DNA from: Balanoglossus misakiensis
Lineage: Eukaryota; Animalia; Hemichordata
Length of the DNA: 64,000 nt
Assembly (NCBI GenBank): GCA_040954595.2
Contig: CM082580.2
Location: forward strand, 4,392,783 to 4,456,782
Direction of reading: 5' to 3'
The notes beneath the pieces were generated by a model that saw only the letters and a program-made list of their open reading frames with translations, was not told where the DNA came from and did no database searches. Numbering within the stretch: position 1 is the first letter of the stretch; every line of letters begins with the position of its first letter. Positions 10,401 to 22,000 of this stretch are shown here, one piece after another. A program made the position numbers and the translations under genes.

Positions 10401-12123
10401 GAAATAGAACTGTAAATTCCCATACACAGTGACCAGAGGGGATACAGATGACAATCTGTAACTTAATAGTTTACTAAAAAAAAAGCAAATGTACATGGCA
10501 GATTACCTTTATTGCTCCCTTTACATGCGGTGTTACTTTTCCCCATGTGCCTGCAGAAATGTCGACAACACATCCTGAGATGCAAGAAGAAGAAACTGGC
10601 ACGGAGGAAACCGAACAGCCACAACCTGAGACTACTAGGGAAGGAGAAACTGGGGATGCCAAAGCCAAACCAATACAACCTGAGCATCACGAGCCCCAGA
10701 CGGAAGAGACTGAGAAAGGTAATAATTAAAAAGCAAATGAAGTGGAGATAACTTGTAACCAGAGACATTTTTTATTTTATTATAATTACCATACCTATTA
10801 ATTACAGTGCTATATGTTTATACTACAATTATTACTTTTACAGAAGACAAAGCAGCTCCAGGCCTCTTTGGTAAATTGAGAAGATGGTTTGCAGGGAGTG
10901 AAGAAACTGCTGGTGATTCTGTGACTCCAGGTAGCAGTGAAGAATCTAAGGATACAAAGGGGACCAGTGTTTCTGCAACAGCTGCTAAAACAGACGTACC
11001 AGGTACAGCATGGCTAATTCATCTTTGCAAAATTAAAAACACCACAGCTACTGCTAATGACTATATCGGTATACACAGGAGCCAATAATTCAAAGTCTTG
11101 CTAATGTAGATTTATAAGATAGGTAATGAGCCAAGAGAAATTGTCACTTGTAACAAGCCAAAAATAATTCAGAGTAACTATTACCGGTATAGCCCATCAG
11201 CTACTGAGTTACGACAAAAATTTTGCCTCGGGTGACCAGCTATTTTTTACGTCACTGTGCATGTACAGAAGTATCAACCATGATTTCTGTTTAAACTTCT
11301 AGGCAACTGGTCAATGAATGTATTGGATGTCCAAAGTCCGAAGCCAGGGCAGAAGTTTATACAACCAAGAGGTATGGTGTTCCATGGTGACCGACTGGTG
11401 GTGTGTGATATGGACAACCACAGTGTGCAGATATTGAATCAAGACTACAGCAGTGCAGACAGAGTCTTAAGCTTTGATGGTCGGTTTGCGAATCCATGCC
11501 AGCCGTTGGATGTAGCTGTCTCCCATGATAGCATCTACTTCATAAATGACAAAGGGAATTCTCAGATTGTTGTTTGTGATCAAGACAGTGTGATTATTAG
11601 AATAATTACCCTGTCTGCCGACATCAATGCTTGGGGCATAGCTCTACTGAAGGGATACGTTTTGATCACTGAGGTCAACGGTCAGCGATTGCTCAAGTAC
11701 ACCAAAGATGGCCAGTTTGTTGCAGAAGTTGGCGGTCAAGGTTATGGCCAAACACAATTTGACTGGCCTGGCTTTGTGGTTGTCAACAGCAAGAATGTCA
11801 TCTTGGTGTCAGACCGTTTCAATCACTGCATCAAGTGTTTCGATCAAGAATTGAAATTCTTGTATCAATTTGGGATGGAGGGTTCAGGCCCAAGTAGGCT
11901 TTGGAATCCGCTAAGCATTGATGTCGACGAGGAGGATAATGTGTATGTGTGTGATTGGGGCAGTGGCAGGGTTGTGAAGTGGAGATTTGACGGAGAGTGG
12001 GTCTGTCAGTTATTTCACGGTGAGCTGCGAAACCCCTCGTACCTCGCAGTGATGAGCAGTGATCAAATCGCTGTTCGAGAGTCAGGCAGCAATCAAATCA
12101 AAATGTTCTACAAGCAGATATAA
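2359..12123 (+). CDS. Multi-exon ~1560-aa protein: 2x partial GT-B N-lobe repeat + GT4-like glycosyltransferase + TRADD-N-like domain + coiled coil + NHL beta-propeller
   Basis: Coding exons 2359-4477, 5928-6386, 6567-6643, 6851-6914, 8687-8956, 9355-9906, 10557-10718, 10844-11002, 11303-12123. All have GT..AG boundaries and matching phases; total 4683 nt = 1560 aa + stop. Acceptor at 2340 implies an upstream non-coding exon. AATAAA at 12421. Confidence 0.8.
4637..5824. mobile_element. PIF/Harbinger (Tourist-like) non-autonomous MITE in an intron of the GT4-NHL gene
   Basis: 22-bp TIRs GGGACCGTTCAGTTTTTACGGC (4637-4658) and GCCGTAAAAACTGAACGGTCCC (5803-5824), flanked by TAA at 4634-4636 and 5825-5827 (3-bp TSD). 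Three internal G-rich repeats (~4990, ~5215, ~5585). No coding capacity. Confidence 0.8.
5928..6386 (+). CDS. Exon encoding TRADD-N-like domain
   Basis: KTGCLQITVAIPRLSNLYRL...LARALEPILMTDAM...LQLTATYDQTRFDELELVF resembles the G[S/C]LxITV...L.KTTI.EE.Y pattern of TRADD-N-like domains in invertebrate immune proteins (by eye). Symmetric phase 1-1 exon. Confidence 0.5.
6943..8420 (+). mobile_element. Helentron-associated (HINE/DINE-1-like) non-autonomous element
   Basis: 5' hairpin AGGGCCCAAGCGC...GCGCTTGGGCCCT; 3' subterminal inverted copy AGCGCTTGGGCCC (8383-8395) followed by stem-loop GCTGC-TC-GCAGC and TTTAATT. T-rich flanks with no clear TSD. Internal direct repeats (~7330/7490 and ~7900/8140). 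Confidence 0.6.
9355..9906 (+). CDS. Coiled-coil exon of the GT4-NHL gene
   Basis: Heptad-rich E/K/L/Q sequence (EKARIYTEKTKIQLEKSKLQTEK...VLESKLEQKEQMINELNRKL); phase 1-1 exon. Confidence 0.75.
11303..12123 (+). CDS. Terminal exon: NHL-repeat beta-propeller (TRIM2/3/71-like NHL region)
   Basis: Repeated F..P.G/D[VM]AV...[LI]VV.D..NH.[VI]Q.[LF] motifs, e.g. FDWPGFVVVNSKNVILVSDRFNHCIKCFD and LWNPLSIDVDEEDNVYVCDWGSGRV. Confidence 0.9.
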
Positions 12124-12420
12124 AAATCAACTGTGAAATGTTTGCCAATGTGACGTACAGACCGCTGTCAATTTTGAGGCAATGAATTTAAATTCACTGA
12201 CCTGTGAATGTATGTTTGAGAAGTTTTATGTCAACTGCTTATAATATCTGTATTTTAAATTGCTTTATGTTATTCATCAAAATTTGAATTAATGCAATAT
12301 CCATTCAACCCAAACAAATCTTCATCTGTGACACATCTTTTCTTACCACTGACTTGGAAGAATCAAATCAGTGTTTTAAGCAAATATGTTAATTTATTTT
12401 CGGATATTGTAAAGCTTTGC

Positions 12421-12426
12421 AATAAA
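12421..12426 (+). terminator. Polyadenylation signal of the GT4-NHL gene
   Basis: AATAAA about 300 nt after the stop codon in an AT-rich 3' UTR. Confidence 0.5.
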
Positions 12427-13109
12427 CTTTGAAACATTTCTCTGAACAGAACATGCTTTTATATTATATGTACTGACAACTACATATACTTCATGAAGCT
12501 CGCGCAGTCATAACCCTAAAGGCTTGTGTTTTATCAACATATTTTGTTTTACTTCTGACAGACGTTTAAAGGTCCCAGCTTGCGTGTCAAACATGCACAA
12601 ATATTCTTTTATTCCAAACACAGTGCGGCTTTTCAACGATAGGAATTGATGGATTTTTCATGTGTATATTTCCTGCCATTGTACACGTGTGAATCCGCGT
12701 TTAATGACTTTTTGGATTTGTTTTACTATGTGTAGATGTGTAATTTCATGAGTCACCATTTAATAGCCCAGTTTTGGGATGAATAAAGGTTATTGAATTG
12801 AACTGAATAGATCAATAATTTAGGTGCCATATTGTTTGGAATTCTATGTGTTATTACGGTCCATTGATGTTATTATGTGCGATCCTGTGAGCAACGCACA
12901 CATATGGAACTCATACAAGAATCTCCATGGATCCTAAATTGATGAGATGAATGAGATGGTGATTTATAAGTGGCTATACTATGAAATACAAGATGTGTTG
13001 GTTGTAAAGCAGCTACACATCACTCCAAGTTATAATTGACACCTCCCTTTTTCTGTAATGTATCTATGTAAGCATGTATCCTGGGATCCCATATAGATCA
13101 GTCAGGCAA

Positions 13110-13358
13110 ATTCTCAGCAATCGCGTGATATAGCCATGTGACAAACAGTGTTGTCATTTCCAGATGACAGGCAAGCAGTTTTACTTCAGAACAGCCAAAC
13201 ACGTAACATGTATCAGGTATAGTTCCTCATCAGCCTCATGGAGTTTCATCTGCACAGTCTTCGTCTGGACCACGTTGAAGTTGTCCGTCGTGTGGATATT
13301 TGAATGCCAACGTAACTGCCGCCTGAGCGCATCTGACGTCATTTGATATCGAAGAATA
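13110..13358 (+). repeat. Dispersed repeat copy 1 (related copy at 42960-43261)
   Basis: Shared blocks GTCATTTCCAGATGAC.GGCAAGCA, CCTCATCAGCCTCAT, TCTGACGTCATTTGATA.CGAAGAATA. Confidence 0.75.
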
Positions 13359-15659
13359 GGGAGACAGGAAGGAAGGCAGAGCAGTGCATAGCTATCTATT
13401 GGTCTGTTGTTTTCTGTACTGGTATCTTCTGGTGGTGATGTGTCTTTCATTGTATACTACTGGCATACGACATCTTTAAAATGCTCAGGGCCAACAGAAA
13501 ATTCCAGTAATGTTTGGAGGAGGGGGGGGGGGGACCAATGGCTATGATGCTTATGAAGATAAGACAAACACACAGAAAATTTCATGTAAATGTGTTTATT
13601 TCTACCCGACGTGAAGTTAGGTTTGTTTTACAGCAACAGCTAAGCCGAAATATTTGAAATGAATAGCATGCCGAATACAATGGAACAATCGAAATACCCT
13701 CTGTCACATCAGAAATTTCATCTCTGTTGCTGCGAGCGGGCTACCCAACCCTTCCTTTGTGCCAAAATGAGTAAAGGCAGGGAGGTAGGATTTTACCAAT
13801 GCTCTGACCAGCTCAAAGGGTGTTTACTCACCCTTACTTATGTCAAATTTTGGAGGGGATTTGAATATAGCATATACTAGTATATCCACATGAAGTCACA
13901 CGGTAGGTGATGTAAACCTGCTGAAAAGAAAGCAAACATTAGAGCATAATATACGCAACACAACACCAACAAAAGAAAGAAAAGAAAAGTCAAAACAACA
14001 CAACACAACAGACGACACAAAAAAAATCTACTTCACAATTATAGCCCCATTACAAGTTATTCTGTAAATCAATGGGTTGTTAGTTAATTACCTTCCCTTT
14101 CACCAGAAAACATTTTGTTGAGATTCAAACTACCCTGGTATAATACTTTGTTCTGTATTGCATCTAACCAACCCTTCATCCATCAACTTTTCATCTAAAA
14201 ATGCATTCATGCACTACACCAAAATCTTGTTATATGAACTAACAACTTTCAAATTAATGTACATACACTTAAAAATGTCTCAACTACTTACAGTTACTGC
14301 TCACTCTGAAATTAATGACACGACACATATACATGTGGCAGGAAAGATTGCTTGATATGTACGGACAAAGATATTAATCATGTATAATAGTCAAACTTCA
14401 TATGTAAATTGTAAAAAATATCACTTTTTATGTAATTCACAAAGCTTTAAATCACATAGTCTCTTGCATATTTTTATATATAACCTTCAGCATTTGATGT
14501 CCTAATGTTGCACTTGCCATAGTACAAGAACCATGAGAACAGTATATATGATGCTTGCATTTATTCAAAAGCTGTAAAACTTTAACACCTGTAAATTGAC
14601 CCCAATGGCTTATTTTCGACGCTTAGCTATTCAATCATATATTCTTAGTAAACTAAGAAAATGATAACTTGCAAAGTTTGATTTGTACATATGAGCTTAA
14701 GATGTTTCTCTGTTGAAATAAAAAAATGAATAGTGAAAACTAAATCTCATGTTTAACTTTGATAAACCTATCTGTTTTCATAAACTTCAATTGTAAAAAT
14801 CTAAATCTCACATTTAACCTATTTACTCCCTTTTTGTGAATTTAAATTTTAAAGAATGTGTAAATTCTTTATCAGTTTCCTCTAAAAGAAAATGGATTAA
14901 CGTTATACACGCTTTAATGGGGAAACACCCGTTTTCAATGACATAAACATTCAATGCCAAAAAGTACAAATGCAAGAATCAGAGTTTGAATATTGTATAA
15001 ATAATTACATAAATTCATGTTCAGCTAAATTGGACTGTAGGACACCACACTTTGTATTCTGACCAAATATATGTGTTACATCTGTGGAATATAGACGGAA
15101 ACGCTTCACTTCAGTTACTTCACCCTGATTTCAGCTCTTAATGTGTAATGGCACGTGTGACCATCCGAAAATGATACTTTCAGAATTCAGTCAATAAAGA
15201 AAATTATGATATGAAAATAAAAAGAACATATGGCGAAAAGTTAAAGTATTAACGAAAAACAATTAAGTATTTAAAAAAAATATTTTAAGAAAAATACATC
15301 AGTTAAAAGTGAACCTATGAAACTGATGGAAATGAATAGTCAATGAAAAACAATACAGTATTGTTTACAAAATTAAATTACCGGGATGTGAACAAAGGGA
15401 ATCAGCTAAAAATTAACCAAAGACACAGATGAAACTAATATTCAATAAATGTAAAAGTATTAATAAAAAATAACAACAGAGTATTCTGTGAAAAATGATA
15501 TTATGTAAACAAAAGGGAATTAATAAATAGCAAACCTGTGAAAATGATGAAAGAAATAAAATATTCAATGACTGTGAAAGTGTTCATGAAAACAACAAAA
15601 CAGTATTCTTTGAAAAATAAAATATGATAACAAACAGGTTTTAAAAATAGCGGACCTAT

Positions 15660-16790
15660 GACAATCATGAAAGAAATACAATATTCAATCAATGTGAAAG
15701 TGTTAATGAAAAACATTATTGTTTGAATAAGTCAATGATGAAAAGAAATACAATATTCAATGAATGTGAAAATGTTAATGAAAAACATTATTGTTTGAAT
15801 ATGTCAATGATGAAAAGAAATACAATATTCAATGAATGTGAAAATGTTAATGAAAAACAGTATTGTTTAAATAGGTCAATGATGAAAAGAAATACAATAT
15901 TCAATGAATGTGAAAATGTTAATGAAAAACAATATTATTTGAATAGGTCAATGATGAAAAGAAATACAATATTCAATGAATGTGAAAATGTTAATGAAAA
16001 ACAGTATTATTTGAATAGGTCAATGATGAAAAGAAATACAATATTCAATGAATGTGAAAATGTTAATGAAAAACAGTATTATTTGAATAGGTCAATGATG
16101 AAAAGAAATACAATATTCAATGAATGTGAAAATGTTAATGAAAACCAGGATTGTTTGAATAGGTCAATGATGAAAAGAAATACAATATTCAATGAATGTG
16201 AAAATGTTAATGAAAACAGTATTATTTGAATAGGTCAATGATGAAAAGAAATACAATATTCAATGGATGTGAAAATGTTAATAAAAACAGTATTGTTTAA
16301 ATAGGTCAATGATGAAAAGAAATACAATATTCAATGAATGTGAAAATGTTAATGAAAAACAATATTATTTGAATAGGTCAATGATGAAAAGAAATACAAT
16401 ATTCAATGAATGTGAAAATGTTAATGAAAAACAGTATTATTTGAATAGGTCAATGATGAAAAGAAATACAATATTCAATGAATGTGAAAATGTTAATGAA
16501 AAACAGTATTATTTGAATAGGTCAATGATGAAAAGAAATACAATATTCAATGAATGTGAAAATGTTAATGAAAACCAGGATTGTTTGAATAGGTCAATGA
16601 TGAAAAGAAATACAATATTCAATGAATGTGAAAATGTTAATGAAAACAGTATTATTTGAATAGGTCAATGATGAAAAGAAATACAATATTCAATGGATGT
16701 GAAAATGTTAATAAAAACAGTATTGTTTAAATAGGTCAATGATGAAAAGAAATACAATATTCAATGAATGTGAAAATGATAATGAAAACA
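15660..16790. repeat. 72-bp AT-rich minisatellite (~15 copies) within a diverged ~120-bp repeat region (~15190-17110)
   Basis: Unit TGAATAGGTCAATGATGAAAAGAAATACAATATTCAATGAATGTGAAAATGTTAATGAAAAACAGTATTATT; period 72 (15721 to 15793). Explains the MMKRNTIFNECENVNEKQYYLNRS ORFs. Confidence 0.95.
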
Positions 16791-17734
16791 ATACAGTGTT
16801 GTTTGAAAAATGAAATTATGTTAACAACAGGGAATTAGTAAACAGTAGACCTATGATACTGATGAAAAGAAATACGATATTCAATGAATGTGACAGTGTT
16901 AATGAGAAACAAAGCATTATTTTTTGAAACATGAAATTATGTTAACAAAAGTCAATCAGCTAAAATTGAACCGTTGACACAGATGAATAGAAAATTCAAT
17001 GAATGTAAAAATGTTAATGAAAAACAATACAGTATTGTTTGAAAAATGAAATTATGTTAATATAAGGGAAACAGTTAAAAGTGAATCTATGAATCTGATG
17101 AAAAAGTATTCATTGAATAATTAAACCATCTCAATGTAAAGGAAAAGTGTATTCGCTTAAAATTTAAACAATGCCCATAAAAAGGGTTTGGAAATTTAAG
17201 TGAGAGGCAATGAAAGTTTTGCATTAAAGTAAAACATGATAGTGGTAAGAAGCAAACAATGAAAAAAGAAAACTTTCACTCAAAAGGATTAATATATGTA
17301 GTGAAAAATGAAACTATAACAGTGGAAAGGAATAAAGTATTACATGAATGTGAAGCTGTAAAATAGAGTGTTCAGCAATGTGAAGCTGTAAATTAATGAA
17401 ATAGTCTAGAGTGTACAGTAAAAATCAAATTATGTCAATGAAAGAAAATAGCCATATTCAGTGAATAGACAAATATGACTGTAAAAAGGAATAGAATATT
17501 CCGTGAAGTGTATAACTATGACAATGAAGACTGGGCATTTTTAAAAGGAAATGTTTGTAAGGCAAAAAGGAACCAGGCCAAGGCAAATATGAACAGTCCA
17601 TGCTGAACATATTTTTAAGGAATCATTCATAAGGCAGGCATTTGCCAAGGAAAAGAAAAACATTCTTACACACTACCTCGAAATTTAAAAAAAAATAAAA
17701 CATTAAACTTTGTTGGTGTTTATGTGTCAACTAC

Positions 17735-18225
17735 ATCAAAGACGCACACTTTTAACAATAATGTGTAGCAGCTAACCTTCGAAACTTGCATCAAGAAAAT
17801 AAAATGGAAATTTTGTACACATATGCCAGCACTCTAGTTTCAATAGACTATGACATTACACAATGACCAAAATTTGTATTTCTACAAGCAAAGTCTGTAG
17901 ACCTGGCCCCTGAAAATAAAAGGAACATGAAGTGTGCAACACATATTAGGCATCAAATTGCCATGCACCATCAATGATCATTTTCAAGTCAAAACATAAC
18001 ATAGAATTGTTCAGTTGTGTTAAGTAATAACCAAGTATACTCTAATTATAATGTAAAATTGGAAGTATCATCTTTGATAAACAGGAAAAAATATACATTC
18101 TTTGTCATATATGGATTCACCGTCAAAAACTCTCAATATTACCATGAAGAATATAAACCTACTCTCCTGAAAATACAGTACCAAATATGAGATATTTTCA
18201 TAAAACCTTTGAATTTAAAAAAATT
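17735..18225 (+). repeat. ~500-bp dispersed direct repeat, copy upstream of the CYP gene
   Basis: Aligns by eye with 25068-25592 (AAAATAAAATGGAAATTTTGTAC.CATATGCCA.CACTCTAGTTTCAATAG; ATCATCTTTGATAAACAGG; ATATGAGATATTTTCATAAAACCTTTGAATTT). Confidence 0.85.
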
Positions 18226-18527
18226 CATTACAAAGACTGGACATCTTTATGCTGATCTGTTAATAATAATGTGATGAACAGAAATGACAGAAGGCTAATA
18301 AGAGCGGTACTGAAATAAACTTCGCACACTTTTTGTTCTGTTAGACCTATTATTGAATATTATATTATACCAGTATATTGATGGTGTAAATCACGCTATT
18401 TGATTGGTCGAGACACGACACGTGACCGTGATATATTAGCCATATACCACAGTCATATATCATAGTTAAAGAAAATGCCTTTTTAAAATGTTTTATGCAA
18501 AGTTTCAATATACTGGCATAATATAAT

Positions 18528-18670
18528 AGCAATATAACACCCCCAGCCATGGTATACCACTCGATTTTGACCAGTTCAACTCCATATACGCACTCGCTAT
18601 CGCTCGTGCGTATATGTCGTGAACTGGTCAAAATCTCGTGGTATACCATGGCTGGGGGTGTTTTATTGCT
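18528..18670. repeat. Long imperfect inverted repeat (hairpin), probably the end of a Crypton-like non-autonomous element (~18364-18673)
   Basis: Arms AGCAATATAACACCCCCAGCCATGGTATACCAC..GATTTTGACCAGTTCA / TGAACTGGTCAAAATCTCGTGGTATACCATGGCTGGGGGTGTTTTATTGCT around the centre CACTCGCTATCGCTCGTG. The hairpin is certain; the family assignment is tentative. Confidence 0.7.
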
Positions 18671-19030
18671 TAACTACTATGTTCCCTGTGTGAATCACAC
18701 TGACTGACTGACTGACTGCCACAGACAGACAGACAGACAAGCAGCCAAAGGTTATCCCCACACCAAAGCTGTGACGTCGTGAGATACATCTGCGCAGTCT
18801 CGGACAAATTGTGGCTGTCCAGGGATAGTTAACTTCCTGGGAGCAAAACCATACGCACCCCTGGAACATTAAACCAGACCACAGGTGTGACGGTCAAATT
18901 AAGGTCAAGGTCGGTCGACAGTGGCAAGGTCGAGATTCAGTCGTGATCATATATAGGCTACATGTACATCAACCAACAGTCTATCGCGGCAACCCACCTA
19001 TAGGCCCTATAGGCTATATCACAAACCACT

Positions 19031-22000
19031 ATGTTGTACACCATGTCCAATGTATTGTCATTGTTGACGTCAGTTGTTTTGGCTGCTGTCCTATTCATAG
19101 TTGCGTGTGCGTTGGCATTCAGTTTGTATATTTTTCGTCAACACTGGAAGTACAGTCACATACCAGGACCAAAGAGAAGCAGGTAGGTATCCCAGTCGCA
19201 ACTTCTCGACTTCGGGACGCAGCTCAACCACTCCCTAAAATCCGTTTGTGTTTGAGAGTGACACAAACAGTCAACGGATAGCCACTGGCCTCAAATTCGG
19301 CAGCAACACGCCACTTTACTGTGTAGCATATGGTATCTTTGATTCACGGTAAATTTTATAAAAAAATAATTGTTATTCCTGTAACCCACTTCCCTTTCAC
19401 AGTTTTTTATTGGGAAACGTCTCAGAGGTGGCACGGGCCTCAAAGAATGGAATGACACTTCATGAGCTGATGCTTGAGTGGTAAGCGTCACGTATATTCA
19501 CGCATTTGTCTGTGTCTAACATAGTCAACATAGCGATAACCAGGTTGTTTTGATGACAGTTAAAAAATGTTATTCACTTGTGAAAGATAAGTGGGGGTCA
19601 TTATAGGTCAGTTGAACAGCAAGCTTGGTGAACGGACATTATTTTTCTCGCCTCGCTATGTTTGAAATACATGTACATGTATATTAATTTATCATCATGT
19701 TACATCACTCCATTAATTTTGTGGTACGATAATTTAACTTGCTGACGCCGCAGAAACAAAGTAAGGTGGCGATGGCTCAAAATACAGTCAGTAGAATGAT
19801 ACCATGGAAAGTTTAAACCTAGAAAATGTGTAACTTTGATATCTTTAGTAAAGTTAGATATGTGTGCGTGACGAGGGGGGGGGGGGAGGAATATGAGGGG
19901 GAGGGAGGGAGGGTTTGTCGATCCCAAAGTAAGTCTTGGGGCTTTTATGTATGTCTCAAGCAGGCATACTTCTGATTTCTCGCCTGTAGGACGAAGGAAC
20001 ACGGACCAGTCTTTGTCATGTTTCTAATGCATCGAGTAATTGTGGTTATCCTGGATCCATTGGCTGTAAAAGTATGTTTCATCCACATTTACTTCAGTTA
20101 CATTACAACCTTCAGGATTTAAAGCAAATGATTAACAAAATAGGTGCATACTCTGATACTTATAAATTAATAAACAAAGCAACAAAGAAAATAAAAAATC
20201 TAGGAATAACAACACTTATAACTGAAAAAAAACCCTGATGGAACAGAAATGAAATTTGAAAAAAATACGAAGGAGGAAAAACTGGATCAATTAACCATAC
20301 ATTCTGTATATCTTTCCAGTATCTGCTTGTGACGACTAACGCGCAAAAGCCGGCGTCTGCATATAGTGTTTTCCATTCTGTTTATGGTGAGCGGTTTTTG
20401 GGACGTACTTTGGCGGTTGATACCGATCCTGCAAGGTGGCTTAGAACGAGAGAGATTCTCAACCCAGTTTTTCATCGCAAGTAAACAAATAAATTAATTT
20501 CTCTAAGTACTTCTATATCTGACGAGAGTGTACATTTTATTATTATCTTCATCTGAAATGCTCCATTATCCACAGCATATGCATTTATCACTAATTTCTA
20601 TATTTTTCAATATCTTTTTTTTTTCAAAAATACGGGCGTACATGCAATCCGCCAGGGTCATTTTTACTCTCTGGGAATCGTTCAGCCGTTCTGCTTTCCA
20701 CCTTTTGAAATTGATTGTGTGACTTGCTTAACATCTTCAGATTGCTGATGAACTTCATAGGTCAGTTTAACCAAAGTGCCGATTTGTTGATCGAGAAACT
20801 GAAAACAGTGGCAGATGGTAAAACTTCAGTATCTATGTTAGATGAATTCAACAAGGTCACCTTGGATATCATCGCGAAGGTGAGTCTATTAAACAATTTT
20901 GGAAATACGTGCAGTCAACTTGTATTTTGAGGAATTTAAAACTAAATAACGTACGTTCTTCAATGTAAATCTCGTATTATCGTCAGAAGGACAGCATCTT
21001 TTCGCTTGCTGGCCAAACGAAACGAATTCAAACGAATATGTGGACGGAAAACAAAGGTCAGCCATCGTGATGACTGACAACGTACTTAAACGTCACACCT
21101 CAATTGCATATGCCATATTTTGGGTATGGTGTCTGTAATATATGCCAGCTTAAATCAACTGTCTCGCGAAGCCACCACAAACATAGCCTTTCCCGGGTTT
21201 CTTATGATGAACAGGTTGCATTTGGTCTGAATGTAAACGTCTTGTCAGACGCCGAAGCTGAATTCTCGAAACACCTACATTTGTGCCTGGCGACCATCTT
21301 GAGGAAGATTTTAAATCCTCTTGAAGAGGTAAGAACAACCCAGAAATATTAAGTGAGTAATGTGTAACATTGACGAAATGTTCCATGTATAAAGTACAAT
21401 GAGAAAAAGTGAACCGCGTATCGACCTACATCCGCACACATTGCCAGAGTATATACGTCTCGAAAATCAAAGTCTTCACCAACTTCACAAGACAGTGTTA
21501 AAATGTCACTCTTGCGTACCGCAGCTTTGTAATTTCGTGTCGTAGTGGTTTGATGTGTTACATCTTCGTTCTGTGAACAGTACCGACCTTTCATTGGACG
21601 TCTTCGTGATCAAGTGCGGAGAAGCGCTCGATATCTTCGAAGAACGGGCCAAGACGAAGTGGAAAGGAGGCTCTCTGCCCTCAACAGAGGACAGGACTCG
21701 AAAAATGACCTTTTGGGTCGTATGTTGGAAGGATCGGGTGAGATACTAGAAGATGGTACTGATGACCCATCTTTAAAAAAAAACTGTAAAGAAACTTTAC
21801 CATGAAAGCTTCCGTGTTTATTTGAAAGGATGGGAGTCGTCCCCTGTGCGACAGCGTGTCACGGGCCCTTTACGACATGCACATGCTGTTGCTATCAATT
21901 CGAAGTAGCCTAAACGCAAAGTATGGCAGCTGCAATGTACATTATGACATAGTCGTAATGCTGAATATGCTTGTCTCTTGTCAACTATAGAAAATGGCCT

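Noticed and set aside
11314-12123. Stand-alone NHL gene or TRIM71/TRIM2/TRIM3 ortholog
   Set aside because: It has an in-phase acceptor at 11302 linking it to upstream exons, and no RING, B-box or filamin domain was found, so no TRIM symbol was assigned.
12560-12810. Possible 3' tail of a non-LTR retrotransposon (AATAAAGGTTATTGAATTGAACTGAA)
   Set aside because: Tail-like motif only; no RT remnant or TSD could be identified.
15723-16659. ORFs with MMKRNTIFNECENVNEKQYYLNRS repeats
   Set aside because: Read-through of a 72-bp minisatellite, broken by single-base deletions.
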